Shown here piece by piece: positions 24,701 to 37,789 of a stretch of 64,000 nt of DNA (the first letter of the stretch is position 1; each line of letters opens with the position of its first letter). The position numbers were made by a program, and so were the translations under genes. The notes beneath the pieces were generated by a model. It worked only from the letters and a program-made list of their open reading frames with translations. It was not told the DNA's origin and did no database searches. This DNA comes from Geosiphon pyriformis uo1 (lineage: Eukaryota > Fungi > Glomeromycota), in the NCBI GenBank assembly GCA_016748015.1, contig JAAOMT010000299.1:186001-250000 (forward strand), read 5' to 3'.

Positions 24701-25929
24701 AATAAAAGTCTTCTCAGCTAATTTTGATTCAAACATCTTGAACCTTCAATACTTCTTTCTAAATAGAGACAGATGTTTGAGAATATTTATTGACCTCCCA
24801 CCATTCTAAATCATCTCCATTACCACAGAAGCTTTGTCAGCATTCAGAGATAACTACTTTCTAATGAAACAATTGAAACCAAAGACATTGTCTAAGCTCA
24901 AATATTTAACTATCTTCACCACTAACAGTTTCAACCTGAAAAACTTAGATGAATGTCTGTTTTTCAAACATTGAAAATCACTAAATTAATGTTTTGCAAA
25001 AATATTATCAGCAGCACCAACTATTATCCTTTCCAAAACTGCCTACATAGTATTCAAATCACTCCAAATTTTGGCCTCAAAGAATTCATTCCTTACTACC
25101 AAGAGTTTGGCAGAAGAGCAATCCCTAAATTTTATCTACTTGGCATTGTTCATGTCTTTAATTCTGAATTTCCAATGATTTTTATTAGCTTGTTGTACAA
25201 GCTATTCAAATAAACATCTAAGAGCCCACTTAAGCCAATCAAAACCAAGCCAGCATTGTGGTTGGTGTCAAAAAAGCTGAAAACAAATTTAACTTAATGA
25301 CTAATGACAGTAGATAATAAATTTTCATTGACAAAAATGTAATCAATAGTTTTTTCAACCTCTTTAGAATTGCACCATGTAAGAGTCTTTACCAAGTAAT
25401 GACCAGCAAATAAATTAACCAAACCCAAATCCAAACAATACTTAAAGCTTGCACTTCTTCCAGACCCATTTTTATTAAAATCTTTACCCAAAACCACAAA
25501 AGTACTGAAGTTGACAGTCTTTGCAATAAGAGAGTTCACTACCAAAGTCTGACCAAACCTTGTTTCAAGAGAAACACCAGCATACAATTCCAGAATTGTA
25601 ACCAAAAACTTGTTTATAAACAAAAACTGCACCAAAATAACACAACTAGGAACCTTTTTTACCCTAAACACATGATGAGCTAGAGAATTGTTCATAATCA
25701 TAGTCACTCCAGCATTAAGAAATCTTTTATCCAAACCAGATGTGAAGATATGTACATCTTTAAACTTATTAACAATCTAAGACTTAACACTAGACCACAA
25801 TTTAGTTTTTATAACAAAAAACACCATATAACCAGAACTTATATGCTAACAAACTATGTTATTCTGTTTTACAGGAACATTAATACCACAGATATTGCAT
25901 GTAGCAAATTTCCAAACCAAATTATTCAT
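21734..25929 (-). pseudogene. LINE ORF2 (AP endonuclease, reverse transcriptase, RNase H, zf-RVT)
   Basis: Motifs as above; numerous stops and frameshifts. Confidence 0.85.
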
Positions 25930-27890
25930 TGAGATGGAAAGAAAGCTAACAAACCCAAACCAGAACACAAAGAGTTCAACCTTGCTAATACTAAATTGAC
26001 CAAAACTTCCAGAGCCATTATCTTTGATTCCAAACTGCCCACCTTAGTGGTAAGAACTTTTAAGCTACTTAAACTAAATTCAAAAGTAGCATTTTTAACC
26101 ACTGAAAGAAAAAGAAAAAGAGACACCATCACACTATCTACAGTCTTATCCAAATTCAAAGCCAAATTCAAGAGAGCAGTAACAATAAAAAAAAAAAACA
26201 CAAGATACAGATAACATTGACACCAATTCCACAAAGCTTAATTTTTTCAAAATTACAGAAATTTGATTTAATAAAAGCTCTAAAGAGTGCTCCAAAGAAG
26301 TCATGCAGTTAGCCAAACAAGAATTGCCAAGAGGGGTTGGAAGTCATCAAAAGGAGTTTCACGCCTAAAAATGAACCAGCACCAGAAGAAACTAACAAGA
26401 CCATATAAAAAAAAGAGCCACCTGCAATTTGAGCCCAAGTTTTTTCACCAAAAGACATTAGACAAGCAATTGGAGTCTGCTTTTTCTTATAAATATTAGC
26501 CAGATAGACCTGATCCTAAAAAGACACCACTCACTTATCATGAATACCAGAATTTCTATCCACTAAACAAACATTAAAAACATGACCAAATTGTTTACAT
26601 AGAACACAACAGGCCAAAAAGAGCTCAGCCCAATGTAAATTCACATCTTTGAAAACAGAAACAGAATCAATAGTAGCTAATTTAGATGTCTTATTAGCAA
26701 AACACACTATTGTATATCTATTATGTACATATGAACTGGAATTATGGCCAATGAAACAAGTTTTTTTACCATATAACTCCAATAAATTAGATAGATTATA
26801 AGTATTGGTACTAATTGAGAATGTATACAATAAAGCCTAATGCTGATTCCTAAATACTCACACTTGTTTATCACTAATGGCTTTCAACACATGAACAGAG
26901 TCCTTTTTTATGAAAATAGACCATTTAGCCACAACCAAATCAGCTATTTTAAATGATTTATATTCTACTAAAGCTTTTTGCCATAAGCCAATTAATTGTA
27001 TTCTAATTGATACAATCTTATTAAACTTAGAAAAAACAGACTTCATAGCTGATTTGGGAAGATTAACTGAAATCTCCTTGACAATTATTTCTTTATCTGA
27101 ATAGCTATTTACTTTTTTAAAATTATTATTAACAAGAATTTTCTCACAGATTGTCAATTTCTTTGTCTTATTCAAATTAGACTAAGATGTAAAAGATGAC
27201 TTAATAATTCCTGAAAATTTTGAGGAAACAAATGTTCTCTCAAAACTGTCGACTTAATAGAAAATTTTTTTTATAGCAATTAACTTGTCATCAATAGTTT
27301 TGCCAGGTAAGGCAGATAACTTAATATTCAATGTGAATAATTTAACTGGCTCAAAAATACACTTTTTTGATGCACATAATCTGACAGAATGCAATTTTTT
27401 GAAACCTGTGAATTTAAGAAACAGAAGAGCCACTATAATCTTATTGTCACTCAAAATGTCAAATAAAGGAGTCTTTGGAGGCTGATCTAACATGTATGTA
27501 CAAGTATGTGTTTTTCTGGACATGGTATTGTCTTTTATGTTATTGACCACAGAAGCATCCAAGTCAGCATAACTAGTTTCCTCAGCAACAGTGTTTTTTA
27601 TGTTTTCCAAGTCTGATAGGCCATTTACATTACTCACTTTGCTTTCCATTTTGCTACCTCAAAACCTTAAAAACTTACTGTCAAAGTTACCAGTATTGGC
27701 TAAACCCAACGGATCAGCAAACAAGTCAACTATACTAACACTAACTTTAAAATTCTTAGGCTTCTTATAGGATACACTGTGAGAGTACACATTATTTACC
27801 CTTTTTTTTTTGGCATCAGACTGGGTCCCCAACCCAGCAGAAGTAGATTCAGAATCACCAACAACAGAACTTACTGGTTCTATGTCCACA
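25926..27890 (-). pseudogene. LINE ORF1 (RRM-like regions + CCHC knuckle + coiled coil)
   Basis: IIVKEISVNLPKSAMKSVFSKF...QLIGLWQKALVEY; CxxCxxxxHxxxxC; homologous to the ORF1 at 51-52.8 kb; start approximate. Confidence 0.75.
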
Positions 27891-29142
27891 AATAAAGGTA
27901 CATCTGAAGAAATAGCTAAGAGTATAAAGGGAATAAGGAGTAGAAACAACTTTTTTTTTAGCAATATCTTACTCTTATTGTAACTAAGAAATCAACAAGA
28001 GAAAGATGCTTTTTTATTTGTTATTAATATTGTTAATTTTACAATTGGCTTTTTTAAATTTTAATTAATTAAGTTAATTTTACTAATTAAATTTATTATT
28101 AATGTATTAGTTTTTTTAATTACAAATTAATTAGTGTACTTTTTTTTAAATATTAAAATAAAAAAAATTTTGTAATTAAAAAAAATATTATTATTTTTAA
28201 AAAAATTATTAATTTTAAGATAAATATAATATAAATAGTTTTTTTAATAATATATTAAATAATAATTTAAATTATTAATAAAAAAATTTTGTTAAAATAA
28301 TAATATAAAAGATCTAAAATAACTCTTTATTTCCTTAATTTTATGACTACAACTAGAGCAAAGAGTAAAAAAGCTGCACCTAATATTTTTCCTGAGATAT
28401 CTAATAAAATATTAACCAGAGGAGCTTTCTCTGTTGTAGAAACAACTAAGCAAAATGTTTTAGAAGTCTTCTCTTTATTCAGTAATCGTAAAAAGCTGTC
28501 TTTAGTAACTACTAAAGCAATTTCTTCTTCTTTGGCTAGTTTTTTATTGGTCAAAGTTCTCTCAAAGAGACACACTTAGGTTAGTTTCAGTGTTGTTTTT
28601 ATTTCTACTAAAAGCTTAAAAGTATTTAATAATAGATCAGTTAACAAGCTGGTATTCTCCTCTATAGCTTCAATGCTTGATGTTTTTAGCACCTCCTCTT
28701 CAAAAAAAATGGTCAAAAAGACAAAAAGTTCAGAAAAGTAAAAGCAGTCATTTGTCTCTATTATTATTACACCAAACTCTTTTGTGGTTCTAAATAAGAT
28801 CTCAAATAAGATCTTTGTTGCATTATTTAGCATGTCATCCAAGATAAGCCAAGATTAACTACTGACTGTATTGCCAAATATAATGTCTTCTGGCAAATTA
28901 TTGCCAGTTTTAGAAACAAAACAACCATCTTCTGTGGTGTCATCTGTTCTTGAGAACTGGGCTGACCAAATAGAAACTGAATCATCTTTTTTTCTGGTTT
29001 TTGGTGCTGTTACTAATAGTGCTTGGGAAACTATTACTAGTTATTAAAGGTTTACTGGATGGGTGGTCTCTATTTTAGTGCCTGGTGTTACTTTTAAGAT
29101 CAAATTGGCTTATGTTAAGACTGTTTTTCAGTCAGTACATGG

Positions 29143-30126
29143 TGTTACCAGACAAAATTAAAGATATTATTTAGCATGAAACTATCTCATAATTCTTATC
29201 ATTAATTAGCATATATTATTATTTCAAATTATCACTTATTATATTAGCAAAGAATGTCCGAAATTATCATTTAATTAATAACCCAAATTGTACACAACAC
29301 AAATATAACCTAATGGCGATGATCAATCATGCAATACCCCGAACTATGTAACATTCAAAAGTTTGCTGAAATTTATACAAATTCGCCGAAATAATTGATA
29401 GTTCACCGAAATATTTAATAGTTCGCAGAAATAACTTGTAGTTCGCCAAAATGTATCTTTAGTTCAGCAAAATTATAGAAAATAGCAAAGTTCAAGTTCA
29501 TAGAATAGTGTTACGACAAGTTGTATAAAAGAAAAGCTTCTCTCTTTGAGAAAATGTATCTTACTTTAGATTTATCTCTTAAAACCATTTCTATACACAC
29601 AAAAAAAAGAAATAAATATCAAATAATTTGAAAAACCAAATTCTTTAATTATTGTACTTGGAAAATCCCCAAACCCAACTAATGTTTTGAAATTGATTAG
29701 CTACCAATTTCAGTAAACTGTTAGTGACTTCAGGCCTGGATAGAAAATGTTTCTTTTGACAAAAATTCTATTTCTTTTACATTTCTTTTATTTTCCTTTT
29801 CTTTTCTTATTACAATCATTAGGATAGCCTACAGACGAGATTCCTGTAGAAGAGTTGACTTTCACAGCAAAGTAACTATACATTTTAGTGAGCTTCCAGA
29901 CAAGCAATTCCTAAGAAAGAGTTGACATTTACTACAACGTAACTACATAAAGTAACTAGCAAGGAATTGGCCATTCCACTTATAAGCCCAGCAGTTCAAA
30001 TTATAGGAGATAATTTGAAGTTAAAAATTCAGTTACTGGAGGTTCAACCACATCCAGAAAACATGAATTCACAGCAATTAAGTATCAACAACATTACAGA
30101 AAAGAGACCAAAAACCTCCAGTAACA
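29143..30126 (+). repeat. 5' LTR of Gypsy B4
   Basis: TGTTAC...GTAACA; ~20-bp AGTTCGCCGAAAT-type tandem repeats at ~29358-29475; TATAAAA at 29524. Confidence 0.95.
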
Positions 30127-30171
30127 TTTGGTGCTTTCTCACAAAAACAACATAGCAAAAACAACTTCAAA

Positions 30172-33100
30172 GTGGCAACCACACCAGACACAACAACTCT
30201 AGAGTATTACCAATCAATTTACACCCACTGCAAGCAAAAATTCAACATTCCAGACGGAATTAAAGTTGTCAAGAAATCAGTATACCAATACATTGAAAAC
30301 TGCATCAACAATTATCTTTTTGGAAATTACAATATCTCAGAAGTTAGAAGCAATCTTTACAATAATTTAGCACACTATTCACAGTTGGGAACTGAAGACC
30401 TTAATAGTGAAACACTTGCCACTTACTTTCACAAACTTAATTTTAACATTATCAAATACTGTAAAGAAACATATCCAGTGCAGTCTCAATACACTATTGA
30501 TTTTGAATCAAAAACAGAAACAAGCAACAAAGGCAAAAACAAATTAAAGCAATATTCAAGAACCACCCCAAATACTCCAACACTACCGAAAACAACTGCC
30601 AAACATTTACAAACACCTGAACAGGGAACCAGTTCAAAACTTCCACTTACTATCACATCTTTTCTAGCTTTACTTGTACAAGCACAAACATCTAATTCAC
30701 TCTTGAATTGATTTGCAAGACCAGAAGATTTTACATCACTCAGAAGTCCCACCAGACAACAAGAACCTCTTCAAACTAGTTCCAATCTCCTTGATTTTTT
30801 AGCTGAAAATCAAAGTGAACACTCTGAGACAGCAGCAAACGAAAAAAACAACTCTGAAATAACCAAAGAAGAATCAATAGACAGTGAAAACAAAGAAGAC
30901 GAAATGACAACATATATTGTAAAAATCCCTGAATTCAATGGAGAAGATATTGAAACCAGTCCCCAAGAATGGCTTGACCAAGTTATTAAAGCTGGAGATG
31001 CAAATAGATGGAATGCTGCCAGAATGTTAAGAACAATACCCTACTTTCTCAAAGAAACAGCAGGAGAATGGTTTGAAAATCTTGCCGCCCCATTCAATGA
31101 TTGGAATGCTTTCAAAGCAGCCTTCCTTGAACAGTTCACTGACAATAATACCTCCATTACTCTTTGCAATCGTTTTCAAAATATCAAACAAGAACCCTCC
31201 AAATCCGTTATGACTTATATTGGGAAATTCAACAAACTTCTCAGACGGATTCACCAACTCGAGACAAATGATTATTATTCTGATGCTCAAATCTTGGATC
31301 AATTTATTGCTGGTCTAAAAGATAAACTAATTAAAAAGGTTCGCCCACACGCGCCAGAAGATTTAAACTCTGCCATACAGCATACAAAAAGATACGAAAT
31401 GGCCATGGAAGAAGCCAATTGTACAAAACTTGTAAATTTGGCAATTGGAGAAACCAGCTCAACAGCTGAGGAAAAAATTGACCAACTCACAAAGAAGATC
31501 AAAAACTATTTTACCAACCAACAACAACAACAACCCCAAAGATATCAACCACCCCAAAGACAAAATCAAAATAACTTTGCACCACTTTCTAATAACCAGC
31601 CCCAGAATTGCCATTACTGTGAAATCTCTGGCCACTGGAAAAGAGATTGCAGAAAGCTGCAATGAGACCAACAAAATAGGGATAATCAACGTTACTCTCC
31701 ATTACAGCAATCTTATTATCAACCATCACCACCAGCTTACTATCTATCAAGACTCCAATACCAAAATAGCTATTATCAGCCTGTCCCACAACCAATCCAA
31801 CAGCAATACCAACAACCATCCACCCAACATTATCAAGTACCTGCTCAAAGACTGATTACACAAAATCAATTTACACCACAAAACCAATACCAAGTAAACA
31901 ACAGTAGAATCAGTTCGAACAACCAATTGGTTCCCCAAAATACCACTCAAACAAGACCCAACCATTACCACACTCAACCCAGTTATTTAACAATGCTGAA
32001 AGAACAGGATTTTCACTATACTGCACTCTCGGAAGGTAGAGCTGCAGCACAACAACAATGAAACCCTTCTCATAACCACACCACTATTCTACCAGCCCGA
32101 ATTGCTGAAAACGCCAATCTCTCTAATATCTTTCCTTTTGAATTTGAAGCAAATGAATCACCATTCTTGCTTAGCAATGCAGCGGCTAATGAGCAAAAAG
32201 CCATTACTGCAATGTACACAGAAGCTGAAGTAGAAGGAAAGCCAATTCGCTTGATCCTAAACAGTGGATCTGCCGGAAGCATTATTACCTACCAGTTAAT
32301 GCAACAGTTGAAAAGAAATGTTGACTGACCAGCTCAAACAGTAATCGTCACTGCTGATGGCATGAAAAAGACCCCAGTAGGAGAAATTGACAATTTTTCA
32401 TTTACTCTTGATGGAATCACCATTCTAGTCAAAGTTCTTGTAATAGACGCACCCCAGTATCAAGCTCTCATTGGAAATGATTGGCTTCAAGAAGCCAATG
32501 CTAATCTGAATTGAGAAACATAAGAGTTAACAATCTCCTATCAAGGACAACACGCCCGGGTACCTGTCATTTGCAGTACATTCAACAAACGCTCTGAAAA
32601 AGCCCCAGCTTTTGAATTTGAACCGAAAGAAGAAAAACCAATAATTGAAACATTTATGGCTCTTGAATCAACATCCAACTGGGCCAATGAAATAGAATAA
32701 GAACATTTCATCCCACACACTAAACCCGAAACCTCTGGATGGAATATACCTTACTCAAAACCCGAACCAAGGAAACAATGCCCCTATATTCCCCTTAAAT
32801 GTAAGGACTGTCACAAGAAACTATCATCAATGAAAGCCTGCATTTTGCCTGAAGAAGAATATGAGAATCATACTTGTTATTACTGCAAGGCTTGCCACAG
32901 AGAGCGATGGAGCCATCTAATAAAAAGAAGCGGAAAATGGGACAACACTCCTTGTTTGACTTGTGGAGAAATGCTACCAGAAGAATGCAATTGGATTGAT
33001 GTAGCAATGAGAGGAGGTGTCTGCAATTAGACCTGCCAATATGTTTTATCAATTTCAGAAAAAGTAAAAAGAGGAACACCCTTTAACGCAGCATACAATA

Positions 33101-35944
33101 GTGCTCCCAACAAACTTTATCACTACTCTCATAATGCCGAGATGATTTTCGACTTAGCAATAGCATTAATTAATAGAGCTACCAAAGAAGATGTTTGTCA
33201 AATGAAGGAAGCAGAATACATTAAATACACCATGGAATTAGCTGGATTCAATTACGAAGATGAAGTAGAAGTCTACCACCAAATTGCAAGTCACACCTAC
33301 CCGACCCAAGAAGCTCAAATTCAATGATTAGAGCAAATGAACATTAGGCTATGTGAAGAATGCATTATGCCTTGCGATGAACAATAGTGTCCTGAATGCT
33401 ATGCTTTTAGTATACTTTTGCCCAGCGAAAATGATGAGAATGAAATTGAATTCAGAGAACCTGAAGAAATGGAAGAAATTGAAACAACACCCATCTACCT
33501 TATCGAAAATCAGCCTGTCTTACAACTTAAATACTTCAACAACAACGGACAAGGAATAAAACCCAAAAAAGCACATGAAATTGATGCTGGATATGACTTA
33601 AGATATTCAGGCAAGGATACTCTTGTTCTCAAACCCAAATCTCTCACAAAAATCAACCTCAAAATTGCATTCGAAATCTCGCCAAGAGCAATAGTTCAAA
33701 TCGCCTCCCGGTCCTCTCTGGCAAGCAAAAGAATCAATGTCAGAGGAGGAATAATCAATGCTGGATATACTGGAAACATAACAGTGATGCTTCAAAATGA
33801 AACTGACAAACCATTCAAGATCAANNNNNNNNNNNNNNNNNNNNNNNNNNNNNNNNNNNNNNNNNNNNNNNNNNNNNNNNNNNNNNNNNNNNNNNNNNNN
33901 NNNNNNNNNNNNNNNNNNNNNNNNNNNNNNNNNNNNNNNNNNNNNNNNNNNNNNNNNNNNNNNNNNNNNNNNNNNNNNNNNNNNNNNNNNNNNNNNNNNN
34001 NNNNNNNNNNNNNNNNNNNNNNNNNNNNNNNNNNNNNNNNNNNNNNNNNNNNNNNNNNNNNNNNNNNNNNNNNNNNNNNNNNNNNNNNNNNNNNNNNNNN
34101 NNNNNNNNNNNNNNNNNNNNNNNNNNNNNNNNNNNNNNNNNNNNNNNNNNNNNNNNNNNNNNNNNNNNNNNNNNNNNNNNNNNNNNNNNNNNNNNNNNNN
34201 NNNNNNNNNNNNNNNNNNNNNNNNNNNNNNNNNNNNNNNNNNNNNNNNNNNNNNNNNNNNNNNNNNNNNNNNNNNNNNNNNNNNNNNNNNNNNNNNNNNN
34301 NNNNNNNNNNNNNNNNNNNNNNNNNNNNNNNNNNNNNNNNNNNNNNNNNNNNNNNNNNNNNNNNNNNNNNNNNNNNNNNNNNNNNNNNNNNNNNNNNNNN
34401 NNNNNNNNNNNNNNNNNNNNNNNNNNNNNNNNNNNNNNNNNNNNNNNNNNNNNNNNNNNNNNNNNNNNNNNNNNNNNNNNNNNNNNNNNNNNNNNNNNNN
34501 NNNNNNNNNNNNNNNNNNNNNNNNNNNNNNNNNNNNNNNNNNNNNNNNNNNNNNNNNNNNNNNNNNNNNNNNNNNNNNNNNNNNNNNNNNNNNNNNNNNN
34601 NNNNNNNNNNNNNNNNNNNNNNNNNNNNNNNNNNNNNNNNNNNNNNNNNNNNNNNNNNNNNNNNNNNNNNNNNNNNNNNNNNNNNNNNNNNNNNNNNNNN
34701 NNAGTTGTCCCAGAAAGTCACCAATTTATCCGAGAAGAAGTACAACAGATGCTTAACAATGGGCTTATTCAACCATCAATGAGCCCATGGGCCTCACCTG
34801 TGGTCCTAGTTAAAAAAAAAAATAGAAAGATACAATTTTGTGTTGATTATCGACAACTCAACAGTGTCATTATTGGAGATGCTTACCCTTTTCCCTGAAT
34901 TGATGACATGTTAGATGCCCTTGAAAAGTCCAAATACTTTTCAACATTAGATTTAGAGAGTGGATACTAGCAAGTTGCTATGGATCCCAAAGACCACCCC
35001 AAAACAGCATTCACCACTCAAGGAGGAAATTACGAGTTCAATGTAATACCTTTTGGATTATGCAATGCATCAGCAACATTCCAAAGACTTATGGATGTTG
35101 TTTACAAAGACCTCCTTTGGAAATCAGTAGTAGTTTATCTCGATGACACTGATGTTTATTCACCATCTTTTGAGCTACATTTAATCCACCTGCGAGAAGT
35201 TTTTCAACGATTACGGAAAGCAGGATTGAAACTGAACATTGAAAAATGCTACTTCAGAAAAACAAGTTTAGCTTTTCTTGGTCACATTGTTAGCAAAGAT
35301 GGAATTAAACCAGACCCCGGAAAAATCAGTACTGTCAAGAACTTCAAGATTCCACGAAATACCATAGAATTAAGAGGATTTATTGGATTAACATCCTATT
35401 ACTGAAAATTCATCAAAAAATTCTCAGAAATTGCAAAACCCCTCAACCAGCTCACTACTAAAAATGTCGAATACAAATGAACAGAAAAACACCAAAATGC
35501 CTTTGAGATACTTAAAGAAAAACTCACAACAGCTCCAATCCTCGCCTACCCAGATTTCAGTAACCGATTCCAGTTAGCAACTGACGCCTCTTATACTGCC
35601 TTTGATGTCATCCTATCACAGTTAGATGACAATAGAAATGAGCAAGTAATTGTTTATGCTAGTAGAACATTAAAGCCAGCCAAAAAGAACTATCTGCAAC
35701 AGAATTAGAAACCACAGCAGTAATCTGGACCCTACATCACTTCAACCTTTACCTCAGACCCAAAGAATTCGATATTATCACTGATAATATTAGACTTAAA
35801 TGGCTTCAAAACAAAAACACCCAGCTGAACGCAAAACAAACCCAATGAACAGGATTTTTAGCTAATTACCAATACATCATACACCACAAACCAGAAAAAC
35901 TTCACACCAACATTGATTGTCTCTCAAGGATGAGACAAGATTAG
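30172..35944 (+). pseudogene. Gypsy B4 Gag-PR-Cys-rich-dUTPase-RT-RNaseH polyprotein, disrupted
   Basis: Gag through dUTPase all in one frame; CHYCEISGHWKRDC; LILNSGS; DAGYDL/RSSLA/GGIINAGYTGNI; VVYLDD; RH ends IDCLSRMRQD*. Confidence 0.9.
33825..34702. other. Assembly gap (N)
   Basis: Run of N. Confidence 1.
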
Positions 35945-35993
35945 AAAACAAAACCAACACCCATTTGAATTAACAGCATCAAAACAACAAACA

Positions 35994-36282
35994 ATGAACC
36001 CCAAAAACTACAACAATCTTAAACAATATTTAGAGACATTAACAATCCCAACAGATTGGTCCCCAGATGAAAAACATCAGTTACAACAACAAGCCAAACA
36101 ATATTTTCTACACAACAACATTATCTATCATCAAAATTTCAAAAACCCAACCAAACCACTCAGATTAATACAAAAACAGAAAAAAAAGACCATTTTATAC
36201 AATATGTACTCAGATCTTTCATCAGCACACTTTGGAAAAGATAGCACCACCCAAAAAACACTAGAATACTACTTTTGGCCTC
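35994..36282 (+). pseudogene. Gypsy B4 integrase ORF, 5' part (rest in gap)
   Basis: ATG AAC CCC: MNPKNYNNLKQYLETL...SAHFGKDST...YFWP. Confidence 0.85.
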
Positions 36283-37017
36283 NNNNNNNNNNNNNNNNNN
36301 NNNNNNNNNNNNNNNNNNNNNNNNNNNNNNNNNNNNNNNNNNNNNNNNNNNNNNNNNNNNNNNNNNNNNNNNNNNNNNNNNNNNNNNNNNNNNNNNNNNN
36401 NNNNNNNNNNNNNNNNNNNNNNNNNNNNNNNNNNNNNNNNNNNNNNNNNNNNNNNNNNNNNNNNNNNNNNNNNNNNNNNNNNNNNNNNNNNNNNNNNNNN
36501 NNNNNNNNNNNNNNNNNNNNNNNNNNNNNNNNNNNNNNNNNNNNNNNNNNNNNNNNNNNNNNNNNNNNNNNNNNNNNNNNNNNNNNNNNNNNNNNNNNNN
36601 NNNNNNNNNNNNNNNNNNNNNNNNNNNNNNNNNNNNNNNNNNNNNNNNNNNNNNNNNNNNNNNNNNNNNNNNNNNNNNNNNNNNNNNNNNNNNNNNNNNN
36701 NNNNNNNNNNNNNNNNNNNNNNNNNNNNNNNNNNNNNNNNNNNNNNNNNNNNNNNNNNNNNNNNNNNNNNNNNNNNNNNNNNNNNNNNNNNNNNNNNNNN
36801 NNNNNNNNNNNNNNNNNNNNNNNNNNNNNNNNNNNNNNNNNNNNNNNNNNNNNNNNNNNNNNNNNNNNNNNNNNNNNNNNNNNNNNNNNNNNNNNNNNNN
36901 NNNNNNNNNNNNNNNNNNNNNNNNNNNNNNNNNNNNNNNNNNNNNNNNNNNNNNNNNNNNNNNNNNNNNNNNNNNNNNNNNNNNNNNNNNNNNNNNNNNN
37001 NNNNNNNNNNNNNNNNN
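36283..37017. other. Assembly gap (N)
   Basis: Run of N. Confidence 1.
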
Positions 37018-37101
37018 AGAACAATCTCACAAAAACAAAACAAAAATAACATAAAAACCCATAAACCAAAAATAAATTTTTATTTTTTTCAAGTGCTTAT
37101 A

Positions 37102-37778
37102 ATGACTATTCCTCAAAACATTCAACAATTATTCCAAAAACTAATGTTAGCTTTAAAAACAATACCTGAATTATCCATTACTGTTACTGAAAACCACATA
37201 AATTATACCCAAACAGAAGTAGTTACAAATTTAGCCCCAAATTCATGAAAATATTACCCGTATAAAAAGAACACAAGAAGTTATACTGGAATTCACCTGT
37301 CAGAACTTTTAAAGCTTGCTTTAAGAGAAAATCTAATGCTCACTCCGATTAGTATCCTACCAAATGCTACAAGTCAACAAAAACTTCAACTGTGTCTCAA
37401 TGAAGAAAACACTGAATATCCTCCAATCTATAGATATTTTCACATTGAAAAAACACTCTACAAATGGAAACTAGAACTTACAACAGCAAACCTCACAAAA
37501 GAAGCTATTCAGAAACAACTCCACAATGAATTCAAGACAACAGCTGGATTAACAAACAGTCGCTATAGGCTTAGAGCTGCTCTTAGACTTTATGATCTAT
37601 TCCACACCTGTGAAAACGTACTACAAAACCCAATTTTTCAACCTTTGAAGATTCAATATATTGGAAAGCTCATAGAACTGAAATTTTAACAATTTTCAGA
37701 CCAAATTTCTTCAATAATTTTGGATTATTATCTGGAAATAACAGACAGTACTTGAACTTTGACGGAGTTCAGTCTTGA
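37102..37778 (+). pseudogene. Gypsy B4 ORF3 (unknown protein)
   Basis: MTIPQNIQQLFQKL...YPPIYRYFHIEKTL...AALRLYDLFHTC; ends at the PPT; few stops. Confidence 0.75.
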
Positions 37779-37789
37779 GGAGGAGGTTA

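Larger units (their letters stand above)
21734..27990 (-). mobile_element. LINE (non-LTR) retrotransposon with ORF1 and ORF2 (APE-RT-RNaseH-zinc finger), decayed; 3' end lost
   Basis: ORF1 with CVLCKQFGHVFNVC knuckle; ORF2 begins MNNLVWKFATCN (APE); TIDYIF; RT DMHKVYDSV, GLDQSEVFFPLL and AFMDDT; RNase H AELQAIALSL; CLLC...H C-terminal motif. 5' boundary approximate. Confidence 0.88.

Noticed and set aside
29139-29142. Target-site preference (NTGG-like: GTGG, ATGG, GTAG)
   Set aside because: Only two complete TSDs, and flanks are mutated; too few to support a consensus
29358-29475. Regularly spaced short repeats resembling a CRISPR array
   Set aside because: Spacers are only ~6-9 nt, the repeats lie inside LTR U3, the context is eukaryotic and there are no cas genes
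31027-32282. Antisense and alternate-frame ORFs repeated in B4 and B6
   Set aside because: Shadows of gag. They recur only because the copies are near-identical and have no counterpart in family A.
33418-37069. Long ORFs (259-454 aa) in the ORF track containing X runs; likewise 61052-63318
   Set aside because: Artefacts of N gaps. Gap lengths are estimates and differ from the equivalent segment in the sister copy, so frames across them mean nothing.
37102-37778. ORF3 as a retroviral envelope
   Set aside because: Too short; no signal peptide, furin site/fusion peptide or TM anchor visible
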